Assembly (NCBI GenBank): GCA_026415615.1
Contig: JAOAGT010000005.1
Span: 2,447-66,446, forward strand
Source of the DNA: Thermoleophilia bacterium
Lineage (GTDB): Bacteria; Actinomycetota; Thermoleophilia; RBG-16-64-13
Length of the DNA: 64,000 nt
Direction: 5' to 3'
In this document: piece after piece, positions 1-10,174 of the stretch
Numbering within the stretch: position 1 is the first letter of the stretch
Layout: each line of letters opens with the position of its first letter
Position numbers and translations under genes: made by a program
The notes under the pieces: model-generated
Told to the model about the DNA's origin: nothing
The model's database searches: none
The model's input: the letters and a program-made list of their open reading frames with translations, nothing else

Positions 1-994
<994 letters not shown>

Positions 995-1003
995 CTACCG
1001 TTA

Positions 1004-1297
1004 TCACCCTTCGGGCAGAATTCCGATAATGTCCGAAGCACGCATGACCAGATACTCTTCGCCGTCAAGCTTGAGCTCGGTGCCAGCGTACTTTGCGTAC
1101 ACAACTATGTCGCCCACGGATACCGGCATGGGGATCAGCTTGCCATTGTCGTCGTACCGCCCCGGACCGACCGCCACCACCTTGCCTTTGGTGGGCTTCT
1201 CCTTGGCAGTGTCGGGCAGAACTATCCCGCTGGGCGTCTTCTCTTCCTGCTCGAGGGGCTTCACTACCACCCGATCTTCAAGAGGCACTAGCTTCAT
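1004..1297 (-). CDS. groES: co-chaperonin GroES (Cpn10)
   Basis: 97 aa, [35 protein letters not shown]..., typical Cpn10 length and mobile loop. SD GGAGGAGG (rc of 1305-1312) lies 7 nt before the ATG. Directly precedes groEL. Confidence 0.97.
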   Translation of the reverse strand: MKLVPLEDRVVVKPLEQEEKTPSGIVLPDTAKEKPTKGKVVAVGPGRYDDNGKLIPMPVSVGDIVVYAKYAGTELKLDGEEYLVMRASDIIGILPEG

Positions 1298-1380
1298 GCA
1301 CTGACCTCCTCCAAATCGTATTTCCCGGCCTCCATGAAATCCTTATACATCGCTTATACGAAACACCGTCTTTCGCTAAA

Positions 1381-1407
1381 TTGGCACTCTCACCCCGAGA
1401 GTGCCAA
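1381..1407. promoter_or_regulatory. CIRCE operator (HrcA binding site) of the groESL operon
   Basis: Perfect inverted repeat TTGGCACTC-N9-GAGTGCCAA. The known CIRCE consensus is TTAGCACTC-N9-GAGTGCTAA. Located between the predicted promoter and groES. Confidence 0.88.
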
Positions 1408-1416
1408 GCGGCGCAT

Positions 1417-1445
1417 ATGATATGCGTCGGCTCAAGATTTGTCAA
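1417..1445 (-). promoter_or_regulatory. sigma-A type promoter of groESL
   Basis: On the minus strand: TTGACA (rc of 1440-1445), 17-nt spacer, TATCAT (rc of 1417-1422). Sits immediately upstream of the CIRCE element. Confidence 0.65.
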
Positions 1446-1507
1446 ATGAAGACCGCAAGTTCAGAGCAAAGAAAGGGGCCACACGCCCAGCCGTAGCGCC
1501 GGTCCGA

Positions 1508-2614
1508 TCACCCCGCTATGACGCCAGGGCGGTCAACGCTCCCTGCGCCAGCATCGCGGGAGGGTACAGCCGCATTGCGGGAGGGGTACCACACGCCCAG
1601 AGGCAAAGAGGCAGCTGCGTCCAGATCAAGATACTGCGGAAATTCGAGACGTGGTCCTGAGAGCGCGGCCGCACCGATCATGGCAGCGTTGTCCGTGCAA
1701 TACTTCAGAGAGGGCACCGCCACCCTAAGTCCAAGTTCCTGGCCCCTCTCGACCAGCCGACGCCTAAGGAGGGAATTGGCGGCCACTCCCCCCGTGACCC
1801 CCACAGTTTTGACTCCCTGTTGCTTTGCAGCCTGTAAGGTTTTATCCACGAGGGCAGTGACTATAGCTTCCCGGTAGGACGCAGCCACGTCCGCAGCCCG
1901 ATTAGCTCTTTCGCGGGAGTCCATGTCACGCAGCAGGTAGTAAAGGGCCGTCTTCACCCCGGAAAACGAGAAGTCCGGCCGCTTGGAACGCCGCAAACCA
2001 ATCGGCAACACAAAGGCTGTTGGATCGCCCTGCTCTGCGAGCTGGTCGAGCTCTTTGCCCCCCGGATACCCTAAGCCAAGCAACCGAGCTCCTTTGTCAA
2101 ACGCCTCTCCCGCAGCATCGTCCAGAGTCTGCCCGATCAAACGGAATTTCTGGCGGTCGTCTACCCGTACAAGCAGAGTGTGCCCGCCTGAGGCTACCAA
2201 TGTGACCATCGGAAAGGCCACATCAGGGTCTGTGAGCCACACAGCAGCGAGGTGACCGTGCAAGTGGTTTACAGGAAAGAAAGGCAGACGTCTGGACCAG
2301 GCGATGGCCTTTGCCGTCTGCACACCTATAAGAAGCGCCCCAATCAAACCGGGGCCCACGGTCGCAGCCACTCCACCAAGGTCTCCGATCCAGCACCCGG
2401 CTTGCTCCAGAGCCTCTCGCACCACAGCGCTCAAACGCTCCACATGCGCTCTGCTTGCCGCCTCGGGAACCACCCCGCCATAGCGCTCATGAATAGCGTC
2501 TTGAGAGTGACTCACCGATGACAGGACTTCGCCCTGGCCCGTGAGTACCGCAGCAGCCGTATCATCGCAGGATGTCTCTATGGCAAGCAACAAACCATCC
2601 AAAGACAAGGCCAT
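1508..2614 (-). CDS. tsaD: tRNA N6-adenosine threonylcarbamoyltransferase TsaD (Kae1/Gcp family)
   Basis: 368 aa with LAIETSCDDTAAAV, VNHLHGHL metal site and GGVAANS motifs. Last gene of the tsaE-tsaB-rimI-tsaD block. Confidence 0.93.
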   Translation of the reverse strand: MALSLDGLLLAIETSCDDTAAAVLTGQGEVLSSVSHSQDAIHERYGGVVPEAASRAHVERLSAVVREALEQAGCWIGDLGGVAATVGPGLIGALLIGVQTAKAIAWSRRLPFFPVNHLHGHLAAVWLTDPDVAFPMVTLVASGGHTLLVRVDDRQKFRLIGQTLDDAAGEAFDKGARLLGLGYPGGKELDQLAEQGDPTAFVLPIGLRRSKRPDFSFSGVKTALYYLLRDMDSRERANRAADVAASYREAIVTALVDKTLQAAKQQGVKTVGVTGGVAANSLLRRRLVERGQELGLRVAVPSLKYCTDNAAMIGAAALSGPRLEFPQYLDLDAAASLPLGVWYPSRNAAVPSRDAGAGSVDRPGVIAG

Positions 2615-2624
2615 CGCTCCTTAC

Positions 2625-3113
2625 TCAGCAGTACCCGTCACCAATATCCTTTTCTCCTGAGGGAAAGCGCATCATAACAATCGCATCCTCACCGGTGTCA
2701 GGGTAATAACCCCGTCGGACGCCGACCGAACGAAACCCTCGAGATTCATAAAGGCTGCGAGCAGGTACATTTCCTTCCCGAACTTCCAGCACCACCGAAA
2801 CCAGGTTTGCGTCGGCCTCGTTCAAGAAAGCATCAAGCAACTCCCCTCCTATGCCGCGCCTCCGCCACTCTGGGTGCACCGCCAAGTCAAGCAGGTGCCA
2901 AGTCTCGGGGTACTTGCGCCCCACCAGGAAGCCCACCACCTCTCCTTTCTGAGAAGTACAGACCAGGTGAACAGAAAGAGGCTGATCCAGCTCCGCTTGA
3001 AACATCGATCGCGTCCACGGACACGAAAAAGACATTCTCTCAATGGTTTCAACGTCCGGAAGATCTTTGCTGTTCATCAGCCGTATGGTGGCAGAGGGCT
3101 CATTAACGGCCAC
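2625..3113 (-). CDS. rimI: ribosomal-protein-alanine N-acetyltransferase (GNAT)
   Basis: 162 aa GNAT with acetyl-CoA motif LAVHPEWRRRGIGGELL. Conserved position between tsaB and tsaD. Confidence 0.85.
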   Translation of the reverse strand: MAVNEPSATIRLMNSKDLPDVETIERMSFSCPWTRSMFQAELDQPLSVHLVCTSQKGEVVGFLVGRKYPETWHLLDLAVHPEWRRRGIGGELLDAFLNEADANLVSVVLEVREGNVPARSLYESRGFRSVGVRRGYYPDTGEDAIVMMRFPSGEKDIGDGYC

Positions 3114-3158
3114 GACGAGGACACTCCAATAACAGTGAACTTCCTTGCGACATGCTTC

Positions 3159-4073
3159 TCATCCCTCATGTGCAGGACGCCTGCTTCCAACCTCACTGGC
3201 CCAGGGATCCTTCATCTTGGTGATATGCACATCAGCGTCCGGAGACCGAACATAGATGGGTACGACGCTCTCGGGCGTGCCAGGAATTCCCGGGTCACCC
3301 AACGGCAGTCTGGAGGCTCTCCCAGAATCCACGAGCACTGTTCTATCCAAGATCGTCTCTAGGGAACTCCCCGTAGTTCCGGTGAGGAGGTCCTGCCCTT
3401 TCACCAGGTACTCGGCGTTCAGCGAGCAAATGCGAAGCTCGGCACCCGACGGAAGTCCAGCCGCCAGACGCGCCTCATCCGCGATTACCAGCGCACCCCC
3501 GCGCACAACCTGGCTCAGACCACCCACATCACACACCGCGTGAGCTACTGTCGGCCGCCATAATGCGTGCCCGGTGTGTTGGCCACACTCGGGAGCTACC
3601 TTGTCGTATACAGCATAGAAAACCTGCCGCCTATGCGCATCAATCAAAGGCACGAGGCATTCTGCACCCCGCGCCTCTTCGCCCAGAGCCACCGCCACTT
3701 GCGCAGCCAAAGCCGCGAGGCTACTTACTCCTATTACGGGAATCTCCAGAGCAAGCGAAATAGCTCGAGCCGTGGCCACCGCAACCCGGACCCCTGTGAA
3801 TGTACCCGGCCCTACACCGACCACCACTGCGCTTAGGTCTTCACGCTCCAAGCCCGCCCCGGTCAACAATCTTTCTATCATTGGGAGCAAAGACCGCGCC
3901 TGACTGCGAGCATCGGTAACACTCTCCCGTCCTATGACCGCCCAGGAGCTGCGTGTTGAGCGGCACTCAGAAGAATGCTGAGCTCTGTATCGCTCCTCAA
4001 CCCCGCGCGCGACAAGAGCCACACTGCAGACTCTGGTCGACCCATCGAGCGTGAGAACAACTTGCTCAGCCAT
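3159..4073 (-). CDS. tsaB: tRNA threonylcarbamoyladenosine biosynthesis protein TsaB (YeaZ)
   Basis: Motifs LTLDGSTRVCSVALV and VVVGVGPGTFTGVRVAVATARAISLAL. I chose the start at the second Met (rc of 4071-4073), which overlaps the tsaE stop by 8 nt; the ORF track start is 4103. Longer than a typical TsaB. Confidence 0.82.
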   Translation of the reverse strand: MAEQVVLTLDGSTRVCSVALVARGVEERYRAQHSSECRSTRSSWAVIGRESVTDARSQARSLLPMIERLLTGAGLEREDLSAVVVGVGPGTFTGVRVAVATARAISLALEIPVIGVSSLAALAAQVAVALGEEARGAECLVPLIDAHRRQVFYAVYDKVAPECGQHTGHALWRPTVAHAVCDVGGLSQVVRGGALVIADEARLAAGLPSGAELRICSLNAEYLVKGQDLLTGTTGSSLETILDRTVLVDSGRASRLPLGDPGIPGTPESVVPIYVRSPDADVHITKMKDPWASEVGSRRPAHEG

Positions 4074-4533
4074 CAGCGCCTTCCCACCGATTCCTGGCTT
4101 CATCAGTCACTGCTTCTATCTGAACCCACCGAGTTTCGGGAGACTCATGCTCAAAGCGAACGATCCACGCTGGATCACCCAGGCGCCCAACACCTGCCCC
4201 CGGCCACTCCACTAGCGTCACCGCGTCTTCGCTCACATATTCCTCCAAGGCTAGCGCATCTTCCTGTTCTAGGCCGTCCAGACGATACAAGTCCAGGTGA
4301 TGCAGAGTCATACGTCCCCGGTATACGTTCGCCAGAGTAAAAGACGGACTACGCACCGGATCTCGCACATCAAGAGCTCGCGCTAAGGCCCTGACAAAGG
4401 CTGTCTTACCCGACCCAAGCGGACCCTCCAAGAAGACAAGATCGCCAGCTCTCAGCGCCTTGGCCATCCGCCGAGCCAGACCAGCCAATTTGCCCAGGTC
4501 TACCCCCGCATTTTCAAATACCACCATGCACAC
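4066..4533 (-). CDS. tsaE: tRNA t6A biosynthesis ATPase TsaE (YjeE)
   Basis: 155 aa, P-loop LEGPLGSGKTAFVR and HLDLYRL motif typical of TsaE. First gene of the tsa block. Confidence 0.9.
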   Translation of the reverse strand: MCMVVFENAGVDLGKLAGLARRMAKALRAGDLVFLEGPLGSGKTAFVRALARALDVRDPVRSPSFTLANVYRGRMTLHHLDLYRLDGLEQEDALALEEYVSEDAVTLVEWPGAGVGRLGDPAWIVRFEHESPETRWVQIEAVTDEARNRWEGADG

Positions 4534-4534
4534 C

Positions 4535-5239
4535 TCACCACAACGGGAGTTGTTCTTGAGCCGGGGTCGCCATCGGCTGTGAGATTGGGCGAGGAAATGG
4601 TGTCTCCGGAGGCTCCGCGGCCAAGACCTGGACTCGCCGCTCCAGCAATATCTTCAGCTTCGCGAAGTCTTCCTCCAGCACTTTCCGGTTGGCGGGCGTG
4701 TACAGCGCGGCAGCGGGGTGAAACACCGGAAATACCAAGACGTGGACCCCGGCAATATCGCGCTCCTTTACCCGACCATGGACAGCAGTAATGCTAAGGT
4801 CAGTGTCTGCCAGCAATTTAGTGGCATGGCGCCCCAGCGTGCAGATAATGCGCGGGCGAACGATTGCTATCTGCTGGAACAAGAACGGGCTACAAGCTTC
4901 GATTTCGTCCGGGGCAGGATCACGGTTTTCGGGAGGACGACACTTGACCACGTTGGCAATGTAGACCTGTTCCCGCGTAAGACCCAGGCTGCCGATGAGC
5001 TCTGTGAGCAGTTTGCCAGCCTGCCCTACAAAGGGTTCCCCCTGCCTATCTTCATGAAAGCCTGGACCTTCACCGACAAACATCAGCTCCGCCTGCGGAT
5101 CTCCCACCCCAAACACGACTTGCGTGCGGCTCCGGTGAAGACCGCACCGGGTGCAGCCTCGCAGGGATGCATGCAGATCATGTAAGGCCCTTGCCGCCTC
5201 TGCCGTGTCCACCTGAGAACTCCTCCTTTGCCCCCTCAA
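4535..5239 (-). CDS. uracil-DNA glycosylase, family 4 (Fe-S type)
   Basis: Motifs GEGPGFHEDRQGEPFVGQAGKLL and HPAAALY, plus Cys residues (CTRCGL, VKCRPP) typical of family-4 UDG. Confidence 0.88.
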   Translation of the reverse strand: MRGQRRSSQVDTAEAARALHDLHASLRGCTRCGLHRSRTQVVFGVGDPQAELMFVGEGPGFHEDRQGEPFVGQAGKLLTELIGSLGLTREQVYIANVVKCRPPENRDPAPDEIEACSPFLFQQIAIVRPRIICTLGRHATKLLADTDLSITAVHGRVKERDIAGVHVLVFPVFHPAAALYTPANRKVLEEDFAKLKILLERRVQVLAAEPPETPFPRPISQPMATPAQEQLPLW

Positions 5240-5617
5240 AGGTGCAAGTATTCTGCGTTGCTATCTGTTGCTACGGCTGATATCTTACCTTCACAACTTC
5301 CCAATGAGAGCGCCATGGGCGCCAATGACCGCCTACCGTAATTACTAGGAGGCGGATCATACATACTGTCTGAGCCCGGGCTGCTTCCTGGGAGCAACTG
5401 GCCAAATCGGTCTGCTCCTAGCAGCGTATCATGAGAGGGAAGAAGGGTGAGCTAGAAGGCGCAGCACCGCAGTAGGCCGCGTCTGGTATCTGGAAGCAGA
5501 ACCGGAACAGGTAGGTGGCCAATAAGCGTAATACCAACACCCCTTCGTTTCGGAGTCATAGGCGCCGGGAGGCTGGGCGCGAGCCTAGCTCTTGCCTTAA
5601 CCGCCAAGGGCTCCACT

Positions 5618-6493
5618 TTGGTGGGATTTACCACACGCTCTTCTGGAGGGCTAGAGCGGGCCCGCGCACTACTCGGAGATAAGTCATGCGCCACAATCGC
5701 GCAACTGGCAGCTTGTTCGCCCGATCTGTACATTTTGGCTGTTCCAGATGAAGCGCTACCTGAGGCCACTGACAAGCTGGCTCTCGCACTTGCCGAGCAA
5801 CCAGCCCGCCGAGAACGGACGGTTTTTGTGCTTCATACAAGCGGCGCCACTTCAGTCACGATCCTTGAACCTTGCCAGAGGATGGGCGCCACACCACTTG
5901 CGTTTCACCCGTTGCAAACGTTCAGCGACCCGTCTACGGGCGCAGGCCGCTTTGCCGGCATTGCGATTGCCGTGACACCATTATCCGGCGATCACAACTC
6001 GCCTGCTGCACAATTTGGCTTCGCCCTTGCCCGATTGCTGGAAGCGACGCCGTTCTTCTTGCCGGACGATAGGCGCGTTCTTTACCACGCGGCGGCCACT
6101 TTGGCGTCGAACTACCTTGTCGCTCTTGAACACCAGGCACGGCGCTTGTTTGTGCTTTCGGGGTTCCCCGAGGAGTCGGCGCTTGACATGTTTCTGCCTT
6201 TGGTGAAGGCAACGCTTGACAATATCGAAAGACAGGGAACGGTAAGGGCTCTGACCGGTCCCCTCAGTCGTGGAGACAAGGAAACAGTTCTTAGGCACTT
6301 GGAGACCCTCCGGATACAAGCGCCTGACTTATACCAGCTCTACGCTGTTCTTGGCCTGGCTGCGATGAGTATTGTCCGTGAGCGCAGAGAGGTCCCGCCC
6401 GACATGGTTGATGCCCTCACAGCTTTACTGAGAGAAGCCGTGTCTGGGGCGGCCACGCCTGTAGTCGTACCAAATAGAGAGTCTCAAACTTAG
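5618..6493 (+). CDS. Rossmann-like / DUF2520-type putative oxidoreductase (minimal ORF; true N-terminus lies upstream)
   Basis: The ORF track starts at TTG 5618. The same frame is open from 5456 and encodes RFGVIGAGRLGASLALAL (GxGxxG dinucleotide fold) at 5546-5599. No ATG/GTG/TTG start is available there (see finding). The C-terminal part resembles DUF2520 proteins, which are often found near panC. Confidence 0.7.
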   Translation: MVGFTTRSSGGLERARALLGDKSCATIAQLAACSPDLYILAVPDEALPEATDKLALALAEQPARRERTVFVLHTSGATSVTILEPCQRMGATPLAFHPLQTFSDPSTGAGRFAGIAIAVTPLSGDHNSPAAQFGFALARLLEATPFFLPDDRRVLYHAAATLASNYLVALEHQARRLFVLSGFPEESALDMFLPLVKATLDNIERQGTVRALTGPLSRGDKETVLRHLETLRIQAPDLYQLYAVLGLAAMSIVRERREVPPDMVDALTALLREAVSGAATPVVVPNRESQT

Positions 6494-6547
6494 GTTCAAG
6501 ACCGAGGCGGTTGTGGGAACTAACTGGATAAAGAAAGGATCTGCAGC

Positions 6548-7000
6548 ATGACACAAGAGCCCCCACAGAAAGCGACACCCCAGTTTGTGACGTTGAGGCT
6601 TGACTTCAACACCCAAGGCGACGCCGACATTGTCAACCTCACCGCGGATGTGCGTCGCCTCCTTGCGCAAACGGGGTTAAGAGAGGGGTTGGTCACGGTC
6701 TTCGTACCAGGAGCAACTGGCGCAATCACCACGCTTGAATTCGAGCCTGGAGTTGTCCAAGATTTCCGCGCTTTGTTTGACCGCCTTGCCTCGCCCGACG
6801 AGACATATGAGCATAACCGCACTCATCCCGACCAAAACGGACATGCTCACGTGAGAGCGGGGCTCTTGGGCCCCTCTTTGGTTGTCCCCTTTGAGAACGC
6901 AGAATTGTGCTTAGGCAGATGGCAGGAAATCTGCTTTGTGTGTTTTGACAATCGGCCGCGGGAACGCACAGTGATCGTGCAGATATTCGGGGTGAGGTGA
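6548..7000 (+). CDS. YjbQ/UPF0047 family protein (secondary thiamine-phosphate synthase-like)
   Basis: 150 aa with GLVTVFVPGATGAITTLEFEPG ... HAHVRAGLLGPSLVVP, typical YjbQ motifs. Its stop overlaps the next gene (GTGA). Confidence 0.82.
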   Translation: MTQEPPQKATPQFVTLRLDFNTQGDADIVNLTADVRRLLAQTGLREGLVTVFVPGATGAITTLEFEPGVVQDFRALFDRLASPDETYEHNRTHPDQNGHAHVRAGLLGPSLVVPFENAELCLGRWQEICFVCFDNRPRERTVIVQIFGVR

Positions 7001-8292
7001 CGCGTATGCAACCAGTGCTTCAGCTAGCGCTCGACTTTGTTGATCTACCCCGAGCGCTTAAGGTCGCCGAGGAAGCCCTCGCCGGCGGGGTGGACTGGCT
7101 TGAGGCAGGCACTCCTCTTATCAAGAGCGAGGGATTGGAGGCCATCAGACAGCTCAAAGCGAGATGGCCTGACCGGGTAATTGTCGCCGACATGAAGACC
7201 ATGGATGCAGGTCGAGCTGAGGTGGAGTGTGCTGCGAAGGCCGGCGCCCGCGTGGTGGGAGTGTTGGGAGCCGCCTCCGACGCAACCATCAGGGAGTGTA
7301 TTGAAGCGGCGCGAAACTACGGCGCAGAAATAATCGTGGACATGATTCAAGTGCCTGACGTGGTCGAGCGCGCCAAACAAGTGGAGGAGATGGGTGCAAG
7401 CTACATTGGGGTTCATGTGGCTATTGACGACCAGATGCGGGGGGAGACCCCTTTCGTCGTGCTGCGCGAAGTAGCCCAAGCGGTCAGCATCCCAGTGGCC
7501 GTGGCAGGAGGGATAAACTCGGAAACCGCTCCGCTGGCAGTCGAAGCGGGAGCCTCGATCATAGTAGTGGGTGGAGCCATAATAAAGTCTCCCGACGCCA
7601 CCGCCGCCGCCCGAGTCATAAAGCAGGCCATCATGACACGGACAGCGATCAAGTCAGAGTATTTTGTTCGCGCAAGCGGTCCGGATATACGAGAGATGCT
7701 TGCACGGGTCTCAGCGGCCAATGTTTCGGATGCTCTCCACCGAACCGGGGATCTCCCAGGGATAAGACCTCTTACGCCGGGCGCCAAGATGGTGGGGCCG
7801 GCCCTCACTGTGCGGACCTACCCAGGAGACTGGGCTAAGCCGGTGGAGGCCATCGATCTGGCCAAGCCGGGAGATGTGCTCGTGATTGATGCTGGAGGAG
7901 TTCCACCAGCCGTATGGGGAGAATTGGCTACCAACTCCGCCATTCAGCGACAGTTAGCCGGGGTTGTCATATACGGCGCAGCCCGTGATGTGGGCGACAT
8001 ACGCAAGCTAGGCTTCCCGTTGTTTACTACCCACGTCACTCCCACGGCGGGAGAGGCCAAGGGTTTTGGCGAAATCGGGGTTCCCATACGTGTGGCTGGA
8101 GTGCAGGTTTGCCCCGGAGATTGGGTCATTGGCGACGACGACGGGGTGTGTGTCATCCCGCGAGAAAAGGCGGTTGAATATACAAACCGCGCGATGGACG
8201 TGTTGGAACGCGAGAATCGCATGAGGGCGGAGATTCAAGCGGGCAGTACGCTAAGCCAAGTCGGCTACCTTCTACGCTGGGAGAAGAAGTAG
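6997..8292 (+). CDS. fusion protein: 3-hexulose-6-phosphate synthase-like (OMPdecase fold) N-domain plus RraA/HMG-aldolase-like C-domain
   Basis: N-half: LQLALDFVDL...WLEAGTPLIKSEGLEAIRQLK...VADMKTMDAG (HPS signature). C-half: VSDALHRTGDLPGIRPL...VWGELATNSAIQRQLAGVVIYGAARD (RraA-like). The start may be GTG 6997 or ATG 7006. Confidence 0.82.
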   Translation: MTRMQPVLQLALDFVDLPRALKVAEEALAGGVDWLEAGTPLIKSEGLEAIRQLKARWPDRVIVADMKTMDAGRAEVECAAKAGARVVGVLGAASDATIRECIEAARNYGAEIIVDMIQVPDVVERAKQVEEMGASYIGVHVAIDDQMRGETPFVVLREVAQAVSIPVAVAGGINSETAPLAVEAGASIIVVGGAIIKSPDATAAARVIKQAIMTRTAIKSEYFVRASGPDIREMLARVSAANVSDALHRTGDLPGIRPLTPGAKMVGPALTVRTYPGDWAKPVEAIDLAKPGDVLVIDAGGVPPAVWGELATNSAIQRQLAGVVIYGAARDVGDIRKLGFPLFTTHVTPTAGEAKGFGEIGVPIRVAGVQVCPGDWVIGDDDGVCVIPREKAVEYTNRAMDVLERENRMRAEIQAGSTLSQVGYLLRWEKK

Positions 8293-8322
8293 CAAAGATG
8301 GGTACAGTTGCATCCCGTAACG

Positions 8323-9171
8323 CTATGCAGTGACTCGTATGTTGTCGATCAGCCTTACTTCGCCGAAGCGGACAGCCAACGCGATTAGACATTCGCCCCA
8401 GACAGTCTCCATTGGGGCCAATGTTTCAGCATCGACAATCTCGATGTAGTCTACTTGGCCCAAGCTGGCCTCGCCCAGCACCGTGGCGATAGCTTGCTTG
8501 AGGGCTGTCGTGTCCTTCACTCCCGTCTTTATTAGCCTCTCAGCCTCTTTGAGCGCCTTGTACAACATCGGAGCTTGTTGACGTTGCTCTCGTGTAAGAA
8601 GCATGTTCCGCGAGCTCATCGCCAGACCATCCGGCTCCCGCACAGTCGAACAGGGCACAATCTCTATCGGGAAGTTAAGGTCCTGAACCATCCGCTTTAC
8701 CACAACCAACTGCTGTGCGTCTTTCTCGCCAAAGTAGGCGCGGTCGGGCTGACAGATGTTAAACAGCTTGGCAACCACCGTGCACACTCCACGGAAATGC
8801 CCGGGACGCGACCGCCCGCACAGACCCTCGGTCAGGCCCTCCACGTTGACCCACGTGCAGAAGCCGGGAGGATACATCTCTGCCGCACTCGGGGCAAAAA
8901 CCGCATCCGCTCCGGCTTGCTCGCACAGCGCCAAGTCTCGAGCAAGATCACGCGGGTAACGGTCAAAATCTTCCCTAGGACCAAACTGGGTCGGGTTCAC
9001 AAACACCGACACAATAACCACATCGTTCTCGCCACGAGCCCGCCGTACCAGAGAGAGATGTCCTTCGTGAAGGGCTCCCATTGTCGGAACAAGACCCACC
9101 GACTGGCCTGCCGCTTTGGCGTTTTGCACCACGCTCCGCAACTCAACAATCTCTTGAATACACCGGGTCAC
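8323..9171 (-). CDS. panC: pantoate--beta-alanine ligase
   Basis: 282 aa with PTMGALHEGHLSLV (HIGH-like) and FGEKDAQQ motifs. Confidence 0.95.
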   Translation of the reverse strand: MTRCIQEIVELRSVVQNAKAAGQSVGLVPTMGALHEGHLSLVRRARGENDVVIVSVFVNPTQFGPREDFDRYPRDLARDLALCEQAGADAVFAPSAAEMYPPGFCTWVNVEGLTEGLCGRSRPGHFRGVCTVVAKLFNICQPDRAYFGEKDAQQLVVVKRMVQDLNFPIEIVPCSTVREPDGLAMSSRNMLLTREQRQQAPMLYKALKEAERLIKTGVKDTTALKQAIATVLGEASLGQVDYIEIVDAETLAPMETVWGECLIALAVRFGEVRLIDNIRVTA

Positions 9172-9186
9172 TGCTCACCCTCGGTA

Positions 9187-10170
9187 CTACGTAATCTTTG
9201 CCCGCCAGTAAGAACAGAGCTCTCCAACAGCGGGGATCCCGCCCAAGCCCCGCGCCTCACGTACCGCACGCCTGATGCTCGTGGCTACAACCTCAGCCGC
9301 AGCGGCTCCTATTTGCAGCAGGCTGGCCGGACGTGCGCCAGTTGATAGCACAAAAATGCAATCACCATCTAGCGGGGTATGAACGGGATCAATGGCCCGC
9401 GCCATGCCAGCATGGCTCATACGGGCGACCATTTTGCACTCGCTCTTGGTGAGAGCCGCGTCAGTTATTACCACCGACAGCGTGGTGCTCTCGACCCCGG
9501 CAAACCTGGGCTCCGAGTCCATATTCCGAAGAATAGCGGCGCCGCCTACAAAGCCTCTCTCACTGCGAGCACCGGCCAGAACTGATCCATTTTCGTCAAG
9601 GACGTCCCCGAGGGCGTTTACCACTGAAAGGGCGCACACTGTAACTCCGGAACCAAGGACCACTGTTGCAAGACCAACTCCGCCTTTTGTCGCGTTTTGG
9701 AAGCCCAGGATCTTCCCCACCGTGGCTCCCGTTCCCACACCCACTGATCCCTCTTCCACCGAGGTATCCGCTATGGCTGCCGCGTTGTATGCATCCGCCG
9801 GTTTAGGAAAGGCCTCGGAACTACCTAGATTGAGGTCATAAATCACAGCAGACGAAACCAGTGGCACGCGGCCAAAAGGAGTCTGGTAACCAAATCCGCG
9901 TTCCCGCAGGAACTGTGACACCCCTGCTGCCGCCCCCAGCCCAAGAGCGCTTCCTCCGGTCAGGAGCACAGCATGCAATTCGCCTACAGCCGCCAAAGGA
10001 GAGAGAAGTGCAGTCTCCATAGTGCCAGGGGCCCCTCCGCGCACGTCAACAGACGCAACCACACCCTTGGGCGCCAGAACCACGGTGCAACCCGTCAGGT
10101 TCTCGTAATCCGAGAAATGGCCAATACTTATTCCATCGATAGGAACAACCGCAGGCATAGTCGCAGTCAA
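9187..10170 (-). CDS. P1/S58 family peptidase (DmpA/BapA-like aminopeptidase)
   Basis: 327 aa. GCTVVL, GGAPGT and LLTGGSALGL match the Ntn-hydrolase DmpA family. 4 nt after the rho stop and 15 nt before the panC start. Confidence 0.8.
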   Translation of the reverse strand: MTATMPAVVPIDGISIGHFSDYENLTGCTVVLAPKGVVASVDVRGGAPGTMETALLSPLAAVGELHAVLLTGGSALGLGAAAGVSQFLRERGFGYQTPFGRVPLVSSAVIYDLNLGSSEAFPKPADAYNAAAIADTSVEEGSVGVGTGATVGKILGFQNATKGGVGLATVVLGSGVTVCALSVVNALGDVLDENGSVLAGARSERGFVGGAAILRNMDSEPRFAGVESTTLSVVITDAALTKSECKMVARMSHAGMARAIDPVHTPLDGDCIFVLSTGARPASLLQIGAAAAEVVATSIRRAVREARGLGGIPAVGELCSYWRAKIT

Positions 10171-10174
10171 GCGT

